Shown here: in pieces, positions 60,454 through 64,000 of the stretch
How positions within the stretch are numbered: position 1 is the stretch's first letter
Layout of the letters: the number at the start of each line of letters is the position of its first letter
From: Bythopirellula sp.
GTDB lineage: Bacteria > Planctomycetota > Planctomycetia > Pirellulales > Lacipirellulaceae
Length of the DNA: 64,000 nt
Assembly (NCBI GenBank): GCA_965216565.1
Contig: OZ244170.1
Location: 64,001 to 128,000, forward strand
Reading direction: 5' to 3'
The notes under the pieces: model-generated
Database searches by the model: none
Told to the model about the DNA's origin: nothing
The model's input: the letters and a program-made list of their open reading frames with translations, nothing else
Made by a program: the position numbers and the translations under genes

Positions 60454-60754
60454 CGTTTTATGGCTAGGGGAGCGGGCGGGAGAGCGAGTACTTGTGGCTT
60501 CTCGAAAAAACGAGGCTCACGTTGCGACTAGCCGTCTTGCGAACCGCATGTCGCAGACTTCGTTAAATATCATTGCTGTTCAAGGGAACTGCAAACAGCG
60601 ATACATAATCCTACCACCTCCGCTTGTCCATGAACGGGGACTCGCCTCCTGGATCGGCATTCAAGTTAGGCGCCGTAGGACTTGGGACGATAATACGGAA
60701 AATCGCTGAGAAAGCAGATTTCCTCAAGTCTCACGAACAATGCTAGTCAACTAT

Positions 60755-61615
60755 CTAGCTAGACTTGGAGACGCTCATCTGCCTCTCGATTTCATCCACG
60801 AAGGCACAGGCTTCGGTGAGAGACATTTTTCGCTTTTCGCGGAGCAGCTTCGTGGCGTCGATCGTTTCGCCGTCGTGAACAAGTTTTTTGACGAAATCGA
60901 CGAACTCAGCCTCGCTCAGATTCTCCCAGTCAGCAGTCTTGTTCTCGTTCTGCTCGGCGACGCTTAGATAGTCGTCCAGAAAGGCGAGCACTTTCTTTGG
61001 TCGGGGTAACAAGCCGAAATTGCCTGCCGTGAATTTCACCTTGAGCAGGGCATCGCTCGAAACCTTTACCGGCTGATGTTGGATTCCCTTGTTGCTAACG
61101 GTGACCACTCCCCAAAGGTAAGATTTCTTGAAGGGTTGCCGCGTCCGCTCTCGTTTGAGTTCTTCGGCAATCTGTTCAGCTTGCTTCTGGTCAAGCTGAA
61201 AGTCGAGATAGACGTCCTTGTGGCTCACGTCGCCATCACTATCTGGAGTCTTATAGCGATGTATAGATTTGTTGACCGAAAGAATTTCTTCGTAAGGCAG
61301 GTAGACAACAGTCTGCCCAGGTTCGGCCCGGTAATACTCGCAGTTGCGGAGATTGACCCACATGCCATCGCGGAACAAAGCCAGAACCCAATTTTCAGGC
61401 CTTCCACGACGTCGCCAACTACCCCAGAGAAACGGCGTGATAAACAACGCTACAGCGGCGCAGCCGTAAGTGACGATGCCAGGTGCCTCTAGCCACCACC
61501 AAAGGAAGGGTACCCCCGCGAAGATGATCCACAGAATGAGAAGATTGAACCGCGCATTGCGGCACACCAATCTCGCTTCCGCGGTGGGATCAGTTCCTGT
61601 TGGATGAAACTGCAT
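60755..61615 (-). CDS. Hypothetical membrane protein with C-terminal L7/L12-like helical motif
   Basis: Two N-terminal TMs; ends GETIDATKLLRE...SLTEACAFVDEI. Confidence 0.7.
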   Translation of the reverse strand: MQFHPTGTDPTAEARLVCRNARFNLLILWIIFAGVPFLWWWLEAPGIVTYGCAAVALFITPFLWGSWRRRGRPENWVLALFRDGMWVNLRNCEYYRAEPGQTVVYLPYEEILSVNKSIHRYKTPDSDGDVSHKDVYLDFQLDQKQAEQIAEELKRERTRQPFKKSYLWGVVTVSNKGIQHQPVKVSSDALLKVKFTAGNFGLLPRPKKVLAFLDDYLSVAEQNENKTADWENLSEAEFVDFVKKLVHDGETIDATKLLREKRKMSLTEACAFVDEIERQMSVSKSS

Positions 61616-61845
61616 GACAATCTGCAGATTGAGGAATGGTGGTAGCGTGTGCTTCTATAAAGCATAGCATTCCCTTGGTACTCACTCGCCCATTTGATTC
61701 CTCAAATCAGATAGTCACGAAAAACGGCACTAAGAATTGCTTAGCGTAGGCGCCTTTACGGCTTTTTGTGCTTTTCGTGGCTAGAGGATATTGGGCACGA
61801 TGCTAAGGGATCGGGCCGTTCAATCGAGCACGGAGAAGCCACGAT

Positions 61846-64000
61846 CTAACGTGCCCGCGATGACATTCTGGTCAAGAACCAGGGGCAGCCGAGCAGCAGT
61901 GCTAGTGACGCCGGTTCGGGGACCGTTTTCGCCGCCGCGACGATTGCTACGCCGCTGCCAAGCTGTTGTTGCCAAACGAGAAAATCAAGCCCATCGGAGC
62001 GGCCATCGCCATTGGCATCCGCCTGATCGCTTGTAGCAAAGTGTTGTTCCCACATCGCCAGGTCGTCGTAATCGACGTCGTGATCGTTGTCGAAGTCGGC
62101 TTCATAGGGCGAAGTAATTTGGAACAATAGAAACTCACTAACATCGAGATTCCCGTTGCTATCCACGCTTGCAGGAATCTGCAACGAAGAGACGAGCGCT
62201 CCCCCATCCGCACTGTCGTACCTGCCGACGGCCAGATAGATTTCGCTGGGCACCGTCCCGAATTCTTCGGCCAGATTGATAGTGCCCTCCAGCACCCCGC
62301 CGTTCGGTCCGGTAGCGGCCTCCGTCGTGCCGCTGGCATCGTTCCAGGCTTCGTAGTCGTTGTCGTTCTCGTCGGCCAGGAAGGCGTCCCATTGGGCAAT
62401 CTGTCCCGCCTTGGCCCAATTGGCCGGCACCAGGGCACCGGGGTTTTCTGCCAGATAAATGAACACATCCTGTCCTTCGCCTGCATCGCTAGTGGCGATG
62501 TACAGCGTATCGCCCTCGACAACCGCAAACAGTTGCAGCCCGCCCACGGTAGCAATCTCCACCGCATTGGCGTCAACAACACCATCCATCACAAACTCAG
62601 GACCTGCCGTGGCTCCCTCGACGGCAAAGTGCCAGTCGGCACCGTTGTTGTTGTCCCAAGTCCCTTGCCCATTGTTGAACACGACATCGAGCATCGATGC
62701 CGAGCTATTCACGGGGACGGTGATATCCCAAGTACCGGCGTTGGGATCGAAATTCATCAGGGGATCGGGCGAAATGACGGTGCTCCAGTCATCAAACCCA
62801 TAATGCAAATAGACGTCCGTTGCCCCTGCCAGAGGTCCCCCGGTCGGATCGAAGGAGATTGTCACCGGGTCGCCCGCCTGCACAGGGTTAGGCCCCACGG
62901 TCACGGAGCTAGTACCGCCAGGGGGCGAGGTTGCCGAGCCAACGTACACATGCTGGATGTCGCTCCGGGTGACATTGCCATTCAGGTCGATCGCTTCCAC
63001 GTAGTAGTCGATGAGTTCGTTTTCCAGCCCCTCGATCATTCCTCCATAGCGTAGGGCACGATGGGTTGGGGCCAGTATATTCGACGGTGGGACGACGTCG
63101 CTGGAAGACATGGAGATACTATTCCAAGCGCCCACCTCCGTACCGCCCGCGTAAGTCTCGTTTGCGAATGAAGACAATGGGTTCGTACCGTCCGCATCGA
63201 CTCGATACTTGAGCGTGACGGAATCCAATCCGCTTACGTCGTAGGCGTAGGTCCACACTTCGAAATCACTGTCCTCAGCAGTGGTGCTCCACTCGAAACC
63301 GCCGGGGTTGTAAGACTCGCGTTGGGGGTGGAAAACAGTCGGACCGGTAGTTTCGGTCCCCGTGAATCCGGCGAGTACCTGATCGGCCTCGGCCACTGCC
63401 AGGTTGCTGCCGCGGGTGACGTTGCTGTCCCAGACCTCGGTGCCATCCCAGTACCAGTGGTCGGAGGCTTCCGCCTGGAGCAGGTAGTGCCAGGCCCGCT
63501 CTGTGGCTGTTCCCGAGCCATCTAGTACGCCCTGCATGCTCGCGACCGGTGCGATGTCGTCGGCTGTGAACACGCGATTTTTGGCCGCTGTGAGCACTGC
63601 CCAGGAGTTGCGATCGGGGCTCCAGCCTGTGGAGTCGGGATCGCCCAGCCACTTTTTGAATTCAGGGTCGCCATTGTCCGCCCCCGCCCAAGAGCCGGGT
63701 TCGATGTGAATCACATCGTTGGGGTTCACCGGGAATCGATCCAAATAGTCCTGCACGGTGGTCACATCGTAATTGGATGTGCCGGATGCCCAGTTCACCA
63801 TGTTCTGAAAGTTGCCGTGGTAATACGACTCGCTGCCGCCGCCAAAATTGTCGCCGTCGTGATGCAACAGCACGAACTGCGGATGATTGGGGTCGGTGTT
63901 GTATTGCCGATACTGGTCCATCACCTGCTCGTATTGCAGCGCACCAAATCCGCCGCGACCATCCTCATTGCCTTCGTATCGAGCACCCGGCACGGCAACC
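61846..64000 (-). CDS. GH57/GH119-like alpha-glucan hydrolase with starch-binding module, EF-hand/dockerin-like repeats and PEP-CTERM (5' end outside window)
   Basis: LLHHDGDNFGGG, IEPGSW.GAD.GDPEFKKW; VYLHYGFDDW...VVFNNG..TWDNNNG.DW (CBM25/53-like); ADFDNDHDVD..D; VPEPAS. Confidence 0.75.
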   Translation of the reverse strand, partial: VAVPGARYEGNEDGRGGFGALQYEQVMDQYRQYNTDPNHPQFVLLHHDGDNFGGGSESYYHGNFQNMVNWASGTSNYDVTTVQDYLDRFPVNPNDVIHIEPGSWAGADNGDPEFKKWLGDPDSTGWSPDRNSWAVLTAAKNRVFTADDIAPVASMQGVLDGSGTATERAWHYLLQAEASDHWYWDGTEVWDSNVTRGSNLAVAEADQVLAGFTGTETTGPTVFHPQRESYNPGGFEWSTTAEDSDFEVWTYAYDVSGLDSVTLKYRVDADGTNPLSSFANETYAGGTEVGAWNSISMSSSDVVPPSNILAPTHRALRYGGMIEGLENELIDYYVEAIDLNGNVTRSDIQHVYVGSATSPPGGTSSVTVGPNPVQAGDPVTISFDPTGGPLAGATDVYLHYGFDDWSTVISPDPLMNFDPNAGTWDITVPVNSSASMLDVVFNNGQGTWDNNNGADWHFAVEGATAGPEFVMDGVVDANAVEIATVGGLQLFAVVEGDTLYIATSDAGEGQDVFIYLAENPGALVPANWAKAGQIAQWDAFLADENDNDYEAWNDASGTTEAATGPNGGVLEGTINLAEEFGTVPSEIYLAVGRYDSADGGALVSSLQIPASVDSNGNLDVSEFLLFQITSPYEADFDNDHDVDYDDLAMWEQHFATSDQADANGDGRSDGLDFLVWQQQLGSGVAIVAAAKTVPEPASLALLLGCPWFLTRMSSRAR

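Noticed and set aside
60454..60750. Mg2+ (M-box) riboswitch upstream of the mscS-corA genes
   Set aside because: Only an isolated hairpin; M-box consensus not recognisable

Overview
A 64-kb chromosomal window, most likely from a planctomycete (Pirellulales-like; inferred from DUF1559, DUF1207, PEP-CTERM proteins, orphan ECF sigma factors and a PilM/giant-secretin cluster). It is mostly housekeeping: tsaD, plsC, cmk, uvrC, mraZ, pyrG, ffh, rpsP-trmD-rplS, leuB, miaE, pyrC, corA and tRNA-Arg(CCT). I see no CRISPR array, rRNA, integrase or transposase. The most interesting signals are: (1) a ~280-nt, strand-specific, heavily structured and apparently two-state RNA directly upstream of a stand-alone HNH endonuclease; (2) a type IV pilus/T2SS-like envelope machine whose three accessory subunits carry FG/RGG/Met-rich low-complexity tracts, with a ~1300-aa secretin; (3) an orphan mraZ with three TGGG-N7-CCCA boxes upstream and a structured, GGA-rich candidate ncRNA downstream; (4) two ~134-bp diverged direct repeats with a boxA-like core flanking sdaA next to the tRNA; (5) several families of non-autonomous palindromic repeats, including two units bounded by CTAG at exact 105-nt spacing. 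All family calls come from motif recognition by eye, not database searches.
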